Below, piece by piece: positions 50,665-62,405 of a stretch of 64,000 nt of DNA. The translations under genes and the position numbers were made by a program. Numbering within the stretch: position 1 is the first letter of the stretch; the number at the start of each line of letters is the position of its first letter. The stretch comes from an uncultured Planctomycetota bacterium. Lineage in GTDB: Bacteria; Planctomycetota; Planctomycetia; Isosphaerales; Isosphaeraceae. The notes under the pieces were generated by a model. The model had not been told where the DNA came from. It saw only the letters and a program-made list of their open reading frames with translations, and made no database searches. Location: assembly GCA_963845755.1 (NCBI GenBank), contig CAWJTV010000029.1, positions 160,001-224,000 of the forward strand. Reading direction: 5' to 3'.

Positions 50665-53600
50665 TCAATGCCCCCGGCGCGAGGGGGGATGCGGCTGCGG
50701 GTGCAGCCGGACTTCATTGCCGTTGGCGTCGAAGCACTCGATCATCAGGTGCTCGGCCGGGGAATCCTCGGCGGAGCTGATCTGGATGGACATATTGCAA
50801 TCGACCTCCATCCGGGCGAGCTCCTTCCGCTTGCGGTTGTTCAAGTAGGTGGCGACGCTTGGGCTCACGGCGATCGCGATCCGGCGGATCTCGTCGCGAT
50901 GCGTGGCCAGGGCCAGCAGCCGCATGACGTCGATGGCCATGCTCTCGGCGGTCTTCACGACACCCGCGCCGGAACATTGCGAGCAGTCCTCGTAGATCGA
51001 TCGCTTCAGGCTGGGCCGGATCCGCTGGCGGGTCATCTCGATGAGGCCGAAGGCGCTCATGCGGAGGACCTTGGTCCGGGCGCGGTCGCGCTTGATGGCC
51101 TCGCGCAAGGCGCGCTCGACCCCGCGGCGGTGCCGCTCCTCACGCATATCGATGAAGTCGTTGACGATCACGCCGCCGAGGTCGCGAAGGCGGAGCTGGC
51201 GTGCGATCTCCCGGGCCGCCCGCAGGTTCATCTCGTAGGCGGTCCGCTCGGCGTCATCCTCCACGCGGAAGTTCCCCGAGTTGACGTCGATGGCGACCAG
51301 GGCCTCGGTCTGGTCGATGACGATCGAGCCGCCCTCCGGCAGCGGCACGTGTCGCCGCTGGATCTTGGAGATCTCGTCCTCGATGCCATACTTGTGGAAC
51401 AGGGGCACCTTCTCGTCGTAGAGCTTCAGCCGGTTGACGAACCGGGGCATGACGACGCGGAGGAAGTCCTGCGCCCGCTCGAACGCCGAGGGCTCGTCGA
51501 TCCAGATCGTGTCGATCTCCGAGGTGAAGATGTCGCGGATCGTCCGGATGATCATGTCCGATTCCTGGTAGATCGGCGTGGGTGCGCGGGACTTCTTGAT
51601 GCGGCGGAGGATCACCTTCCAGAGCCGCAGCAGGTAGGCCAGGTCGCGGGCCAGCTCGCGCTTGGTCCGCTCCAGTCCGGCGGTCCGGACGATGAAGCCC
51701 AGGCCCTTGGGGGGATTGAGCTCGAGCATGATCTCGCGGAGCTTGCGGCGCTGGCCCTCGTCGACGATCTTGCGCGAGACGCCGACGCGGTTGAGGCCGG
51801 GCATCAGCACGAGGTATCGGCCGGGGATGCTGATGTAGGTCGACAGGGTCGGACCCTTGGTGCCGATGCTCTCCTTGATGACCTGGATGAGGACCTCATC
51901 ACCGCGCCGGAAGATCTCCTGGATGGGCGGTTTGATCGGGCCACGGGTTCGACCGGGACGCCCGCCGCGGGCCGGCTCCTCGCCGGCTCGGGTCCGCGGT
52001 TCCGGGCCGCCGCGCAGGCCCATTTCGCGCTCGAGCTCCTCGATTTCCTCGATCTCCTTGCGGATCTCCTGCTCGAGCTCGGCGTCGATCTCCTCTTCGA
52101 CCACCGGCCGGGGCTCGTCGAGGACGAACTCCTCGTCTTCGAGCGTGTCGTGGCCGGCGCCGGCCATCTCTTCCAGGTCGAGGTCGTCGAAGTCGCCGAG
52201 CGATTGGGCGTCCGGACGCGTGCCACGCGCGAAGGGTCGCGTGGTCTCCTCGAGGGGAAAGTCTTCGAAGTCCGCCTCGAGCTCCTCCGGCTCCGAGAGT
52301 GATGACGCCTCGAACTGGCCCGGCTCACGGTCGTGATCCCGACGCCGGCCGCGTCGTCGGCGTCGTCTGCGTCCTTCGGGGCGGGCCGCGGCAGGTCCGG
52401 GGGACGCCTCGTCCTCCAACAGGTTCACTTCCTCATCGGGTGCGATGTCCGAGGGGCGACCGCCCGGGGTGTCCTCGAGCAGGTGTTCGGCCTCGCGCTC
52501 CGGCCACTCGGTATCGGGCGGAAAGAGTTCCGATCCGAACGTGGAATCGCCCGAGCGCAACCGTTCCCGGCGGGGGACGTAGCCCGGCTCGCCGGCGCGG
52601 GCGTGAGACCGCGGGCGTTCCCGGTCGCGGTCACGGGGCTGGTCGCGTTCCGGCTCGCGATCGCGACCGGGCACGATGGTCTCGGGACCACGACGGCGCT
52701 CGGACTCGTAGGGGCGATCGATGCTCGGCTCCGGAGTCGGTGGCGTCTCGGGCGGCCGATCCCAATCGCCGCCGCGGGAACGGATCGCCGCGCGCCCGCC
52801 GCGGCGGCGCTGCGGTTCCTCGAACCGCGGGATGTCTTCGAACTCCGGTTCACTGCGCGAGGGTTCGGCAGGCGGGGCGGCCCCGGGCTCGGGGACAAGG
52901 TGCTCCCCTCGTTCGGGTCCTGGTGCGGGACGCCCGCGACCAGGCCCAGTCGGCGTCCGGCCTCGGCTACGTCCCCGTCTTGGCTCCCGGCTGCCGAACG
53001 ACTCGATCTCCGGCTCCGGCAACCCGGGTTCCGGGCGATCCCGAGGCTCGCGCTCGGGCGGGAAGGCTGGCGGCACCCGATGGCGGGTGCGCTCGGAACC
53101 TTCCAGATCAGCCGGCCGATCCCGGTCGGACGAGGAACGGGAACGATGCGTGCGGCTGGGAGGTAGGTCGGGATCGAACGGCTCTTCCAGGTCGCGTTCC
53201 GGGGCCAGGAGCTCCGGCGGCTCGTCGTGCCGAGATTCCCGCTCGGACTGCCAGCCGATTCCCTCGTCCCAGCCCCGCTCGGGTGGCGAAGACCAGGTGT
53301 CTGGCTCCGACGGCTCGGACACCCTCGTGTCGATGTCTTCCGGCTCGTGCAAGCGCGCGGGCTCCGGCGGTGGCTCGGCGGGGGGGAGCTGGGTCTCCCA
53401 GTCGGGATCCTGGTCCGCCAACCCCTCGCCGAACCGCCGAGGTCGCTCCGAGCGATCGCGCCGGCCGCGGATCGACTGGTCGGGACGCTCGCGTTCGCGC
53501 CCCCTGTCGCGGTCGCGGTCGCGATCCCGATCGCGGGGCCGTTCCTCGCCTCGCGGAGGCGGACCGGGGAACGTCGGCGGAATGTCGCCGTGTTCGGCGG

Positions 53601-53963
53601 AGGGCCCCGGACGTCGTTCTTCCCGGCGCGGCCCGGCTCGCGGCGCGGCTCGCGCTTCCGGCCTCGCTCACGGTCTCGACCCCGCGTCCTCGTCTCCGGC
53701 TCTTCGTCACCCGGCGGGTGGCGATGGAAATACTGGGGCTCGACGTCCGAGACGTGCAGGAAGCCATTGCGGCCGACCGAGAAGTCGACGAACGCCGCCT
53801 GGATGGCCGGCTCGAGGTTGACGATCTTCCCCTTGTAAATGTTGCCCGTATAGCTCTCGTGGCTGGTCCGTTCGACGTACAACTCCTCGAGAACACCGTC
53901 TTCCACGATGGCGATGCGGCATTCTTCGGGCTGGAGCACGTTGATCAGCATTTCTTTCTTCAT
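50665..53963 (-). CDS. rne: Ribonuclease E/G family protein with a very large insertion in S1 (frameshift near 53600)
   Basis: GNIYKGKIVNLEPAIQAAFVDF...GFLHVSD, then about 600 aa of low complexity, then QVIKESIGTKGPTLST, IDVNSG, LRLRDLGG, DFIDM, EMTRQR and CxxC. Confidence 0.92.
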
Positions 53964-54041
53964 GCGGTGTCTTTCCGGGACTTGCGCCGAGATCTCGGCG
54001 TCGATGGTCGATAAGGAATCTGTCCGGGTCCATGGAGGGTG

Positions 54042-54732
54042 TCAGGAACGCGCCGCGGCTTGCGAATCAGGCAGCCCGGCTGGTTGAAATTCGGTTTCCA
54101 GATCCACATCAGTGCGAACGAGGACGGCCCCTTCAGCCAGTGAATCGCGGAGGCTGAGGGCCTCGAGCAGTTCCTCCGGCCGGGCCGAGCCATCGGAGGC
54201 CACGGCGAGGCGGAAGCGGAGCAAACCCTCGTCCGTCAACTCGGCCCGGACGAGCTGCGCGGCGCAGGTCGAAGACCTGCTCACGGTCCCGCCGGCGCCG
54301 GATATGGGGCCAGGTCTTGGCGGAGAGCAAGGCATCCAGAGCGGCCCGAACCTGGCCGAGGCGCCCGCCGGCCACCGGGACTTCGTACTCGACCGAGCGC
54401 GGCCGCGGCGCGGCTGCATCGGACGGCAGTAACCGCGCCTCGACCCAGTTGAATCCCGGCGGCGCAACGGCCGTGAGCCGCTCCAGGACCTGGGATGGCT
54501 CCCACGGCTCCAGGAGCTCGAGATCCACGATCTCGCGCCGAGCCTCGATCCCCAATCCCAGGGCCAGGCCGAAGGTCATCTTCGGCCGCGGGTTGAAGCC
54601 TTGAGTCACGGCGATCGGCACGTGCGCGCGGCGGATCATCCGCTCGAGGCAGCGCAGGAGGTCCAGATGGCTGACGAATCGAAGGTCTCCGCATTTGGCG
54701 AAGCGGAGACGCACCTTGGTGGCTCTTGTCAT
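54042..54732 (-). CDS. TIGR03936/DUF2344 family protein (frameshift near 54262)
   Basis: RLRFAKCGDLRFVSHLDL.R...R.HVPIAVTQGFNPRPK.TFGLALGLG. Confidence 0.85.
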
Positions 54733-55082
54733 ATTCGGCGGCCGCGCGGGCCGCTCCGAATCCATCGCGACGGATGGGGGATAACCGGCCGATTCGGGCG
54801 CCGGCCTCCTCATCATCCTCTGAGCTCTTGAGAAAGGCGTCTCGGGTGGCAGACCGCCGGGATTGCTCCGCGGGGCCGAGTGGGCAGGGCCCGTCGGCGG
54901 CCGGCGAAGCAGGGAACCCGTTCGGAAGGGCTCGCCACGAGTCGCACGTAGAATTTGGCTCAATGCCGTTTGGTCTTACGCAAGGCGGCACTCGATCGTC
55001 TGGCTGTCGCACGGCTGTCTCGGACGATCGGCCGAGCCGATCCAATCCGGGACGCAGAGAGGGACCCGCCCGACCAGGGCCA

Positions 55083-56849
55083 TTAACCGATGTCCGGCGG
55101 CATGACGGGCGGCTCCGGCAAGAACCGGCGCAACGCCGCCTCGAGCCGCTCGGCCACCTCGTGCGCCGTCTCCAGGCCCAGCACCTCGGCGGCCACTTCT
55201 TCCGCATCCCGGAGCCGGATCTCGCGGATGACCCGCTTGATCTCAGGCAACTGGTGCGGGGGCATGCTCAATTGGCGGATCCCGAGGCCCAGCAGGAGCA
55301 TCGTGTAGAGCGGCTCGCCACCCATCGTCCCGCAGACGGTGGCCGCGATCCCGCCGTTGCGGGCGGCTTCGACCACCATGGCAATGAGGCGGAGTACGGC
55401 AGGATCGGCGGCACAATACAGATTGGCGACGGTCTCGTTGGTCCGGTCAACGGCCAGAGTGTACTGGATCAGGTCATTCGTTCCGATGGAGAAGAAATCC
55501 ACCTCCTTCGCCAGATGATCGGCAATCAGAGCGGCGGCCGGTACTTCCACCATGACGCCGACCGGCAGTTTTTCGGGGATAGGCTGGCCCTCGGCCCTCA
55601 GCTCGGCGGCCACCTGATTGAGGATGGCCCGTGCGGCTCGCAATTCCGAGAGGGTCGTCACCAGTGGAAACAGGATCTGGACCGGGCCCAGCACGCTGGC
55701 GCGCAACACGGCCCGGAGTTGCGTTCGGAACAGCTCCGGCTCGCGGAGCGACAATCGGAGACTCCGTAGTCCCAGGGCCGGGTTGGGTTCGATGGAGCCG
55801 GTCTGGCGGTAGCCGACGAGCTTGTCGGCGCCCAGGTCCAGGGTGCGGATCGTGATCGGACGGCCGCCCAGCGACCGGACGACTCGGGCATACACCTCGA
55901 ACTGCTGATCTTCGCCCGGGGGCGCCTGGGCGTTCAAGAAGAGGAACTCGGTGCGAAACAACCCAACGCCCGCGGCCCCGCGCTCCAGACACGCGGCGAC
56001 CTCGTCGCCGAACTCGATATTGCCCCACAGCTCGATCCGGCAGCCGTCGCGGGTCTCGGCAGGCCGGTCGGCCTGGCTCGCCAGCACCTGGAACCGTGCC
56101 GATCGCTCCGCGGCCATCTGCCGATAGCGCCGCTGGGTCGGCTCATCGGGGTCGAGGATCAGCAAGCCCCGGTCGCCGTCGACGATGGCCAGGTGGCACG
56201 GTCGGGCGCGATCGAGGAACGGCCCCAGCCCGGCCACAGCGGGGATCTCCAGCGCGGCGGCCACGATGGCCGTGTGGCTGGACCGGCCGCCCACTTCGGT
56301 GGCGAAGCCGGGTACTTGCCGGGAGTCCAGTCCCGCGGCCTCGCTCGGCGTCAGGTCATGCGCCAGCACGATGGCGGGCGCGGCGAGCTCGTTGGGCAAC
56401 GGGTCGTGCCGCTCTCCCATCAGGTGGCCGAGGATTCGGGCCTGGATGTCGCGAAGATCGACGGCGCGGGCGGCGAAGTGCGACGCGCCCATCCGTTCCA
56501 ACCGCGAGGCGTACGCCTCCAGGACCTCGGCCACGGCGTGCTCGGCCGGGATCCCTTCCTGCTCGATGAGCTGGCGGGTCTCGTGCCGGAGGGTCGGGTC
56601 GGCGATCATGCGGCTGTGGGCCCCCAGGATCTCGGCATACTGCGGCCCCAGTCGGTTGCGAACCTCGACCTCATCGCGGTCGGCCCCGGCTCGCGCGGCC
56701 TCCAGGCCCCGATCCAGCCGCTCCCGCTCGCTGGCGAGGGCTCCCTCGGCGATCGAGCGGGGCGGTAGGTGCCAACCGCGCGGGTCCAGCACAACCACCG
56801 GGCCCAGGGCGATCCCCGGGCTGATCGCGATCCCACGCAGGACCTGCAT
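55083..56849 (-). CDS. ptsI: PTS enzyme I (PEP-protein phosphotransferase)
   Basis: GIAISPGIA, GGRSSHTAI, GLFRTEFL, RTLDLGADK, MVEVP, SIGTNDLIQY. Confidence 0.95.
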   Translation of the reverse strand: MQVLRGIAISPGIALGPVVVLDPRGWHLPPRSIAEGALASERERLDRGLEAARAGADRDEVEVRNRLGPQYAEILGAHSRMIADPTLRHETRQLIEQEGIPAEHAVAEVLEAYASRLERMGASHFAARAVDLRDIQARILGHLMGERHDPLPNELAAPAIVLAHDLTPSEAAGLDSRQVPGFATEVGGRSSHTAIVAAALEIPAVAGLGPFLDRARPCHLAIVDGDRGLLILDPDEPTQRRYRQMAAERSARFQVLASQADRPAETRDGCRIELWGNIEFGDEVAACLERGAAGVGLFRTEFLFLNAQAPPGEDQQFEVYARVVRSLGGRPITIRTLDLGADKLVGYRQTGSIEPNPALGLRSLRLSLREPELFRTQLRAVLRASVLGPVQILFPLVTTLSELRAARAILNQVAAELRAEGQPIPEKLPVGVMVEVPAAALIADHLAKEVDFFSIGTNDLIQYTLAVDRTNETVANLYCAADPAVLRLIAMVVEAARNGGIAATVCGTMGGEPLYTMLLLGLGIRQLSMPPHQLPEIKRVIREIRLRDAEEVAAEVLGLETAHEVAERLEAALRRFLPEPPVMPPDIG

Positions 56850-57010
56850 CGGCCGCGTGGGGAACGTCCCGGTTGAATTGGCTTTGACCGAACTCCGCAT
56901 GTCGGGATTTCCAGGAAAGAGGCGAGTCGACCAGTTGCCACCCTGCGCCGGCTGCCCGCGACCCGATGGCGACCGGCCTCCGTGGCTTGCCGGTCAGGTG
57001 AGTGCGTCTC

Positions 57011-57350
57011 TCACCCTCGCTGGGACGGCTCCGTACCCGGTTGTGCCTCGAGCGGCTGGCCATTCTCGTCCTCGTAAAACCGGGCCGAGGCCAGAGCAGC
57101 CAGCGCCGCGACGGCCTCCTCCGCGTCGGGCCCTCGGGCCTCCAATTCCAGGCGCGACCCGCACTCGGCGGCCATCATCGTCAAACCCAGGAAGCCCTTG
57201 CCGTCAACCTCATTGCCATTGAACCGGACCCGGATGTCCGCCTGGAACCGTGAGGCCAGCTCCACAAATTTCTGGGCGGGCCGGAAGTGCAGGCCGAGAC
57301 TGTTCGAGATCTCGATCCAGCGCCTGGGCGACAGTCGTATCTTGGCTCAT
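57011..57350 (-). CDS. ptsH: HPr phosphocarrier (frameshift near 57327)
   Basis: Corrected frame reads ISNSLGLHFRPAQKFVELASRF...VDGKGFLGL...A.GPDAEEA. Confidence 0.88.
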
Positions 57351-57585
57351 CGGCGGCTCGATCGGAGTGGGCCGGGGACAAGCGACCGCCGGGCTCCCTT
57401 GGAAGCCCCCGCGGCCCGGATCGTCTTCGCGTTCCATGGTGAGGGCTCCCACCAAGAATCCCTCTGGCCGACGGCTCACCCCCGGCGACAGCACGAGGGA
57501 TGCGACCCGTCGGAGTCCGGATGGCCCTGGTCCGCCCCGGATCCGACCGCCGTCGCATCCGCCATTGGGGCACCGGGCTGAACCC

Positions 57586-58056
57586 TCATGCCGACCCGTG
57601 GTCGGCCTCCTCCAGGACATTGATGACGTTCTCGCGCGTCTGAGCCTGGCGCAAGAAGCTGACAAAACGTTCGTCCTTCAGGTGTCGGGAGATATTCTCC
57701 AACGCCCGGAGATGGTCGCCGGGCTGATTCTGAGGCGAGACGAGTAAGAAGAAGATATCGACCGGCTCGCCATCCAAGGCCGCGAAATCGACGCCGCGTC
57801 GCGAGAGGGCAACCGTCCCGATCAACCGCTGGAGCGTCGGATGCCGAGTATGCGGGACCGCAACCCCCTGGCCGATGCCCGTCGAGCCGAGTTCCTCGCG
57901 ACCGAGAATCGCCCGGATCACACTCTCCACATCGTTCTCGCTCAGCCGGCCGGCATGGTGAAGGCTCCCCACCATCTCGCGGATTGCCTCCTCCTTGGCC
58001 ATAGCCTGCAAGTCGACAACGATCGCCTCTCGTACCACGAAATCCAAGAGCTTCAT
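57586..58056 (-). CDS. ptsN: PTS EIIA (Ntr/fructose type)
   Basis: REELGSTGIGQGVAVPH, VDFAALDGEPVDIFFLL, HLRAL. Confidence 0.92.
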   Translation of the reverse strand: MKLLDFVVREAIVVDLQAMAKEEAIREMVGSLHHAGRLSENDVESVIRAILGREELGSTGIGQGVAVPHTRHPTLQRLIGTVALSRRGVDFAALDGEPVDIFFLLVSPQNQPGDHLRALENISRHLKDERFVSFLRQAQTRENVINVLEEADHGSA

Positions 58057-58222
58057 CCGCCCCTCCATCGACGGGCCGACCTGCCGACGGTTGACTTTCC
58101 GGCGCCCTGGCCCCGGCGCGGTCCACTCCAAACAACGATTCGCTCGCCTCAATAACGGGACGACCGCCGTTGCCCCGGCTTGCCACTGCCGTGACGTGAT
58201 GGGGTCCGAGCCTATGCCCCAG

Positions 58223-58605
58223 TCAGACCTCGTCGCGATCGCTACCGGTCTCCTCAGGAGACAGCGGAGACTCTAATTCTTCAAACAATGAACCGCCCAG
58301 GGTTGCATCACCTTTGTGCTTCTGCACCCGCTCTTTGTAGCGCCGGAGCTGATGTTCGATTTTGTGGACACAAGCATCCATAGCCGCTTCTGGCGTCGAG
58401 CCCGATTCGCGGGCCACAAAGTCGTGCTTGTGTTCCGCCGAGACCAGGATCTCGATATCCCAGGCATGCTTGACGTGGTCCACTGCGACTTCGATCGCCA
58501 TGAGTTGAACCGAAATATTTCAGCAGTTTCTCGGCCTTATCATGCAAGTAGCGGTGTTGGTCGGCGTCCAATCCAGCATGGCGCAGTCGAAATCTCGATT
58601 TGCAC
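58223..58605 (-). CDS. hpf: Ribosome hibernation factor HPF/RaiA (two frameshifts)
   Basis: AGGAG RBS with GTG start; QIEIS.RH...KAEKLLKYF, AAMDACVHKIEHQLRRYKER. Confidence 0.85.
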
Positions 58606-58879
58606 CCAGAGGCTCCTAGCTAAGTCAACCGGTCACCCTCGCCGTCACAGACAAGGGCGACTACTAAAAATAACCCCATTCCCACCAACCGGTCAAGACC
58701 GCTCCGCCTCGAAGGCCAGCGACCCGCGGCTACTCCTCAGTTGCAACGTCCACAGAATGAACACGTTTCGGAGGGTGCTATCTCGCCGGACAGCCATCTC
58801 GCACGCGGGGCGGGCCGACACGCCTTCTCCCAACCATCAAACGGCGACCGGCGCAAGCAATGGCTTAATTTGACGCCTT

Positions 58880-59339
58880 TTAGGGATCGCCGACGGGGGG
58901 GATTCCACGTTTTATGACCCGCTGGGAAACTGGCTGATCTTGGCTTTCAGCGTGTCCGGTCGAGCCGGGGTAACGCCGTTCCAGGTCGCTCAGGAAGCGG
59001 TCGATCTGCTCCATCCCCTTGCGATGTACCCTGGGGAATCGGCGACGAAGCCAAGCTTCCACCTTGCCAAAGCCCTCGGGCCAGAGGATCAACCCGCCGG
59101 CGACCAGGGCCGGGACACCCGGACCCGGGAGGACGAAGCCGACGACGCCCGCCGAGAGGAGCATGACTCCCAGTTCTTTCGGCGGCTTCCGCGCGGACCC
59201 GGCCAGGGCTTTCGTTTCGGTCGAACAAATCCGGTGCGGTCGCAAGGGTCGCCGGGGCTAGACCGGCCGGCACCGCCTCAACAGGACAAGCCTCCGCCCC
59301 TACCGCTTCCGGCAATCCGTCCGAGTTCGTGTCCGACAT
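58880..59339 (-). CDS. Small membrane-hairpin protein, paralog A (probable 5' frameshift)
   Basis: PKELGVMLLSAGVVGFVLPGPGVPALVAGGLILWP...RFLSDLERRYPGS. Confidence 0.7.
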
Positions 59340-59377
59340 CGATACCTCCGTTCGCCTCACGCATCCGCCCCGATCGA

Positions 59378-59785
59378 TCAGCCCAAGGACGTCGTCTCAT
59401 GCACCGATCCCGGGTAACGCCGCTCCAGGTCGGATAAGAAGTGCTCGATCTGCCGGATGCCGGTATCATACATCCTGGGAGCGACCTTCATCATCCAATG
59501 CTCCACCTTCTGGAAGGCCGAGGGCCAGAGGGCCAGTCCACCCGCGACGAGGAACGGCGACCCGACGGGGCCGGGCAGCAGCACCCCTGCGGTCCCGACG
59601 ACGATCAAGAGCACGCCGATCTCCGGGGGCAGTTTCTGCAACCGCGGTTCGGCCTGGAGGGCCGGCTCTTCACCCCCTGCTCGATCGTCGGCCCGCGACG
59701 ACTGCTCCTCGGATCGTTTGGGATATCGTCTGGAGAAATCGCTCCGGAATCGCTCGATCGCCCAACATGCGGGTGCGTTCTTCAT
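59378..59785 (-). CDS. Small membrane-hairpin protein, paralog B
   Basis: LPPEIGVLLIVVGTAGVLLPGPVGSPFLVAGGLALWP...HFLSDLERRYPGS. Confidence 0.75.
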   Translation of the reverse strand: MKNAPACWAIERFRSDFSRRYPKRSEEQSSRADDRAGGEEPALQAEPRLQKLPPEIGVLLIVVGTAGVLLPGPVGSPFLVAGGLALWPSAFQKVEHWMMKVAPRMYDTGIRQIEHFLSDLERRYPGSVHETTSLG

Positions 59786-60158
59786 AACCTGTCCTACCTC
59801 TCACAATGACCCTAACCTTTAATCGGAAGCCGGGTGAATGACGCGGCGCCAGGGCCCTTCCGCGGGAAGAAGCAGAGTGTGACCCATGATAACAGATTAT
59901 CTCCGCAAGTGCGGGGCCGATCGACGATTCCTGCCGTGGTGAATGTATAATTAGGATCGCCGCGGTTCTATGGATCGGGGAGCCGTGAATCCGTTCGGCT
60001 CATGGACAGTTGTTTGCCATGTGGTGGACAAGGCAGCACTCAACGTGCGGAGTACTGGGGCCCCGCTCGCTGGAGAGCAGCGAGCGTGCCGGGATGCGAA
60101 CGCGTCCCATAGGGGGAACGAGGCACGGCGGCGAATCGAATCGGACGGGGAAGCGATC

Positions 60159-61331
60159 ATGATCGAACAAGCGGGTCATGGGGGAGGTGCCGAGTTCCAG
60201 GTGGTCGTGATGGGATCCGGGCCGGTGGGAAAGACCTCGCTCATCAATGCGATGCTCGGCCGCTCAGTGGGCGAGACCGGGGCCACGATGGGTACGACCC
60301 GCGGCGGCCAGGTGCACACCCATGTGGTCGAGGGAGTGGAAGGGGCATTGTTTTTGACGGATACTCCCGGTCTCGGCGAGGCCGGCCCCGAGGGCTCGGC
60401 ACGCGAGGTCGAGTCGATCAACCTGGCGAACCGAGCCGATCTGCTGGTTTTCGTCGTCGATCACGACCTGACCCGGGCCGATTGCCGGACCGTGATGGAG
60501 TTGGTGCGGCGGGGCAAGCGATTGATCGTAGCCCTGAACAAGAAAGACCGCTTCACCGAGGAGGATCGCGAGGCCATCCTGACCAAGCTTCACGAGCGGC
60601 TGGGGGGCTTCGTCCCGGTCGAGGACATCGTGGCCGTCGCCGCCAAACCGGCCCCTGTTCCGGTCCGTATCCGCAGGCCCGATGGGGCGACGGAGACCGT
60701 GCTGGAAGAAGAGCTGCCGGATCTGGAGAACCTGGAAGGTCGGGTGGCGGCGGTGCTCGCACGCGAGGGGGACGCTCTCCGCGCCGGCAATCTCCTGCTT
60801 CGCGCCCGGATGCGTGAGCAGGCCGAACGGGACCGGATCGCCCGGCAACGGCGTGCGAAGGCCGGGACGATCATGGATCGACACCAGTGGCTCGCGGCGG
60901 TGACCGCATTCGCCAACCCGGTCCTCGCGCTGGGCCCGATGGCCGTCGGTGCCGTGCAGCTCCGGATGCTCAGCGAGATGGCCGCCGTCTATGATGTGCA
61001 GCTTTCGTCGGAGTTCGTCGAGAAAGTCGGGCATCAGATGGCCCAGACCCTCTTGAAGCTGGGAGTCGCCGAGGCGGCGGCCAGCGTGCTGGCCGGCTTC
61101 TTCAAGTTCAACCCGCTGGGTTTCGCGGCCGGTGGCATCGTCCAGGCCGTGACGATGGCCTATCTCACCCGCCTGGCCGGTGCCTCGTTCCTGGAATACC
61201 TGGAGCAAGGCCAAACCTGGGGCGAAGGCGGTATGCAAGCGATGCTGTCGCGCCAACTCGAGGAAACCCGTCGGTCGGAGTGGCTCCTGCAGTTCGCCAA
61301 GATGGCGATCCAGCGCCTGTTGCGGCGGTGA
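60159..61331 (+). CDS. Era-like GTPase with C-terminal DUF697/YcjF-like domain
   Basis: G1 GSGPVGKTS, G3 DTPG, G4 NKKD; hydrophobic C-terminal ANPV...QLRMLSEMAAVY region. Confidence 0.85.
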   Translation: MIEQAGHGGGAEFQVVVMGSGPVGKTSLINAMLGRSVGETGATMGTTRGGQVHTHVVEGVEGALFLTDTPGLGEAGPEGSAREVESINLANRADLLVFVVDHDLTRADCRTVMELVRRGKRLIVALNKKDRFTEEDREAILTKLHERLGGFVPVEDIVAVAAKPAPVPVRIRRPDGATETVLEEELPDLENLEGRVAAVLAREGDALRAGNLLLRARMREQAERDRIARQRRAKAGTIMDRHQWLAAVTAFANPVLALGPMAVGAVQLRMLSEMAAVYDVQLSSEFVEKVGHQMAQTLLKLGVAEAAASVLAGFFKFNPLGFAAGGIVQAVTMAYLTRLAGASFLEYLEQGQTWGEGGMQAMLSRQLEETRRSEWLLQFAKMAIQRLLRR

Positions 61332-61446
61332 GGCGGTTCCGGGACGATGCCGACCCGGTCGCCCGGCGGCTCCGGAGTCGAATCCGCCACGCATCTCTGA
61401 GGCCCCGCCCGGTCCCTCGCCAGGTGCCGCGGGGAGACGGTTCTTG

Positions 61447-61854
61447 TCACCGCCCGCGACGCGCCGGCCGAATCGCGATGTCTCGCGGCAACGAATCGGG
61501 ATAGCGCCTGGCCAGGTCCAATCGGAATTGAGTCACGAGACCAACCAGGACGCGGAAGACCCTGGGAAACCGTCGCGCCAGGGGGGCGCCAGATTGCTCG
61601 ATCAGTCTCGGCCGAAGGGCGACGACTCCCAGCAGGATGAACGAAAACCCGGGGGGAATGGGACCGGGGATCACGACGCCGAACGTCCCGAGGACGAGCA
61701 GCGTGACCCCCAACTCCTTGGGAAGTCCGTCGAGTTGGCGGGCAAGCTCCAGGTGTAGCGGCGGAGTCGGAGGTCCGCTCGAGGGCTTGACCACAGGGAT
61801 CAACCGACCTGAAGGAGGGGTGGACGATTGAGTCGCCGACTGAAGATGGGGCAC
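61447..61854 (-). CDS. Small membrane-hairpin protein, paralog C
   Basis: GAGGAG RBS; LPKELGVTLLVLGTFGVVIPGPIPPG...QFRLDLARRYPDS. Confidence 0.7.
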   Translation of the reverse strand: MPHLQSATQSSTPPSGRLIPVVKPSSGPPTPPLHLELARQLDGLPKELGVTLLVLGTFGVVIPGPIPPGFSFILLGVVALRPRLIEQSGAPLARRFPRVFRVLVGLVTQFRLDLARRYPDSLPRDIAIRPARRGR

Positions 61855-62405
61855 ATCAATCTCCTCATTGCGTCGAATTCCTCGAAGAGACGCGGTGTCG
61901 AGGATCGACGAAGTCCCATCCTCGCCACCCTGCGGCAACCTATCTCCCTCGGCAGAGAAGGTTTTGTAAAGTCCGCGCCCGGTTCGAACACTCAGTATGG
62001 ACTGGCCCCGGTCGCATTACCAGCTCTTCGTTCGCATAGTCGATGAAAGGAATGAAGTGGGTGGTCAACGAGTGGTACTCTGATAGGCTTATGCGAATGC
62101 GGGCGGAACCACCGGCGCGTTCCTGCACGGCAACGTCAACATCGGCTTCGAGACGCTGTCGTCCCCGTCGCTAGGTCCGAGAGAGAGATGCACTCTATCC
62201 CAAGAACGACCTGATGATCAGCAGCGTCTTGATGCTCCAGATCCAGGGCGAGACGGCTCTTGATCTTGTCGAAATCCTTGGCGCCGCGGGTCCCGGCGAC
62301 CATGCCGCCGCGAGGAACCGCAGCTCCGGCCTCGTCACTCGCTTCGCTATTCGCTCGTTCTGGCGCGAACCTTGGGAAAACTCCCGCCGGTACCGTCTCG
62401 CGCGC

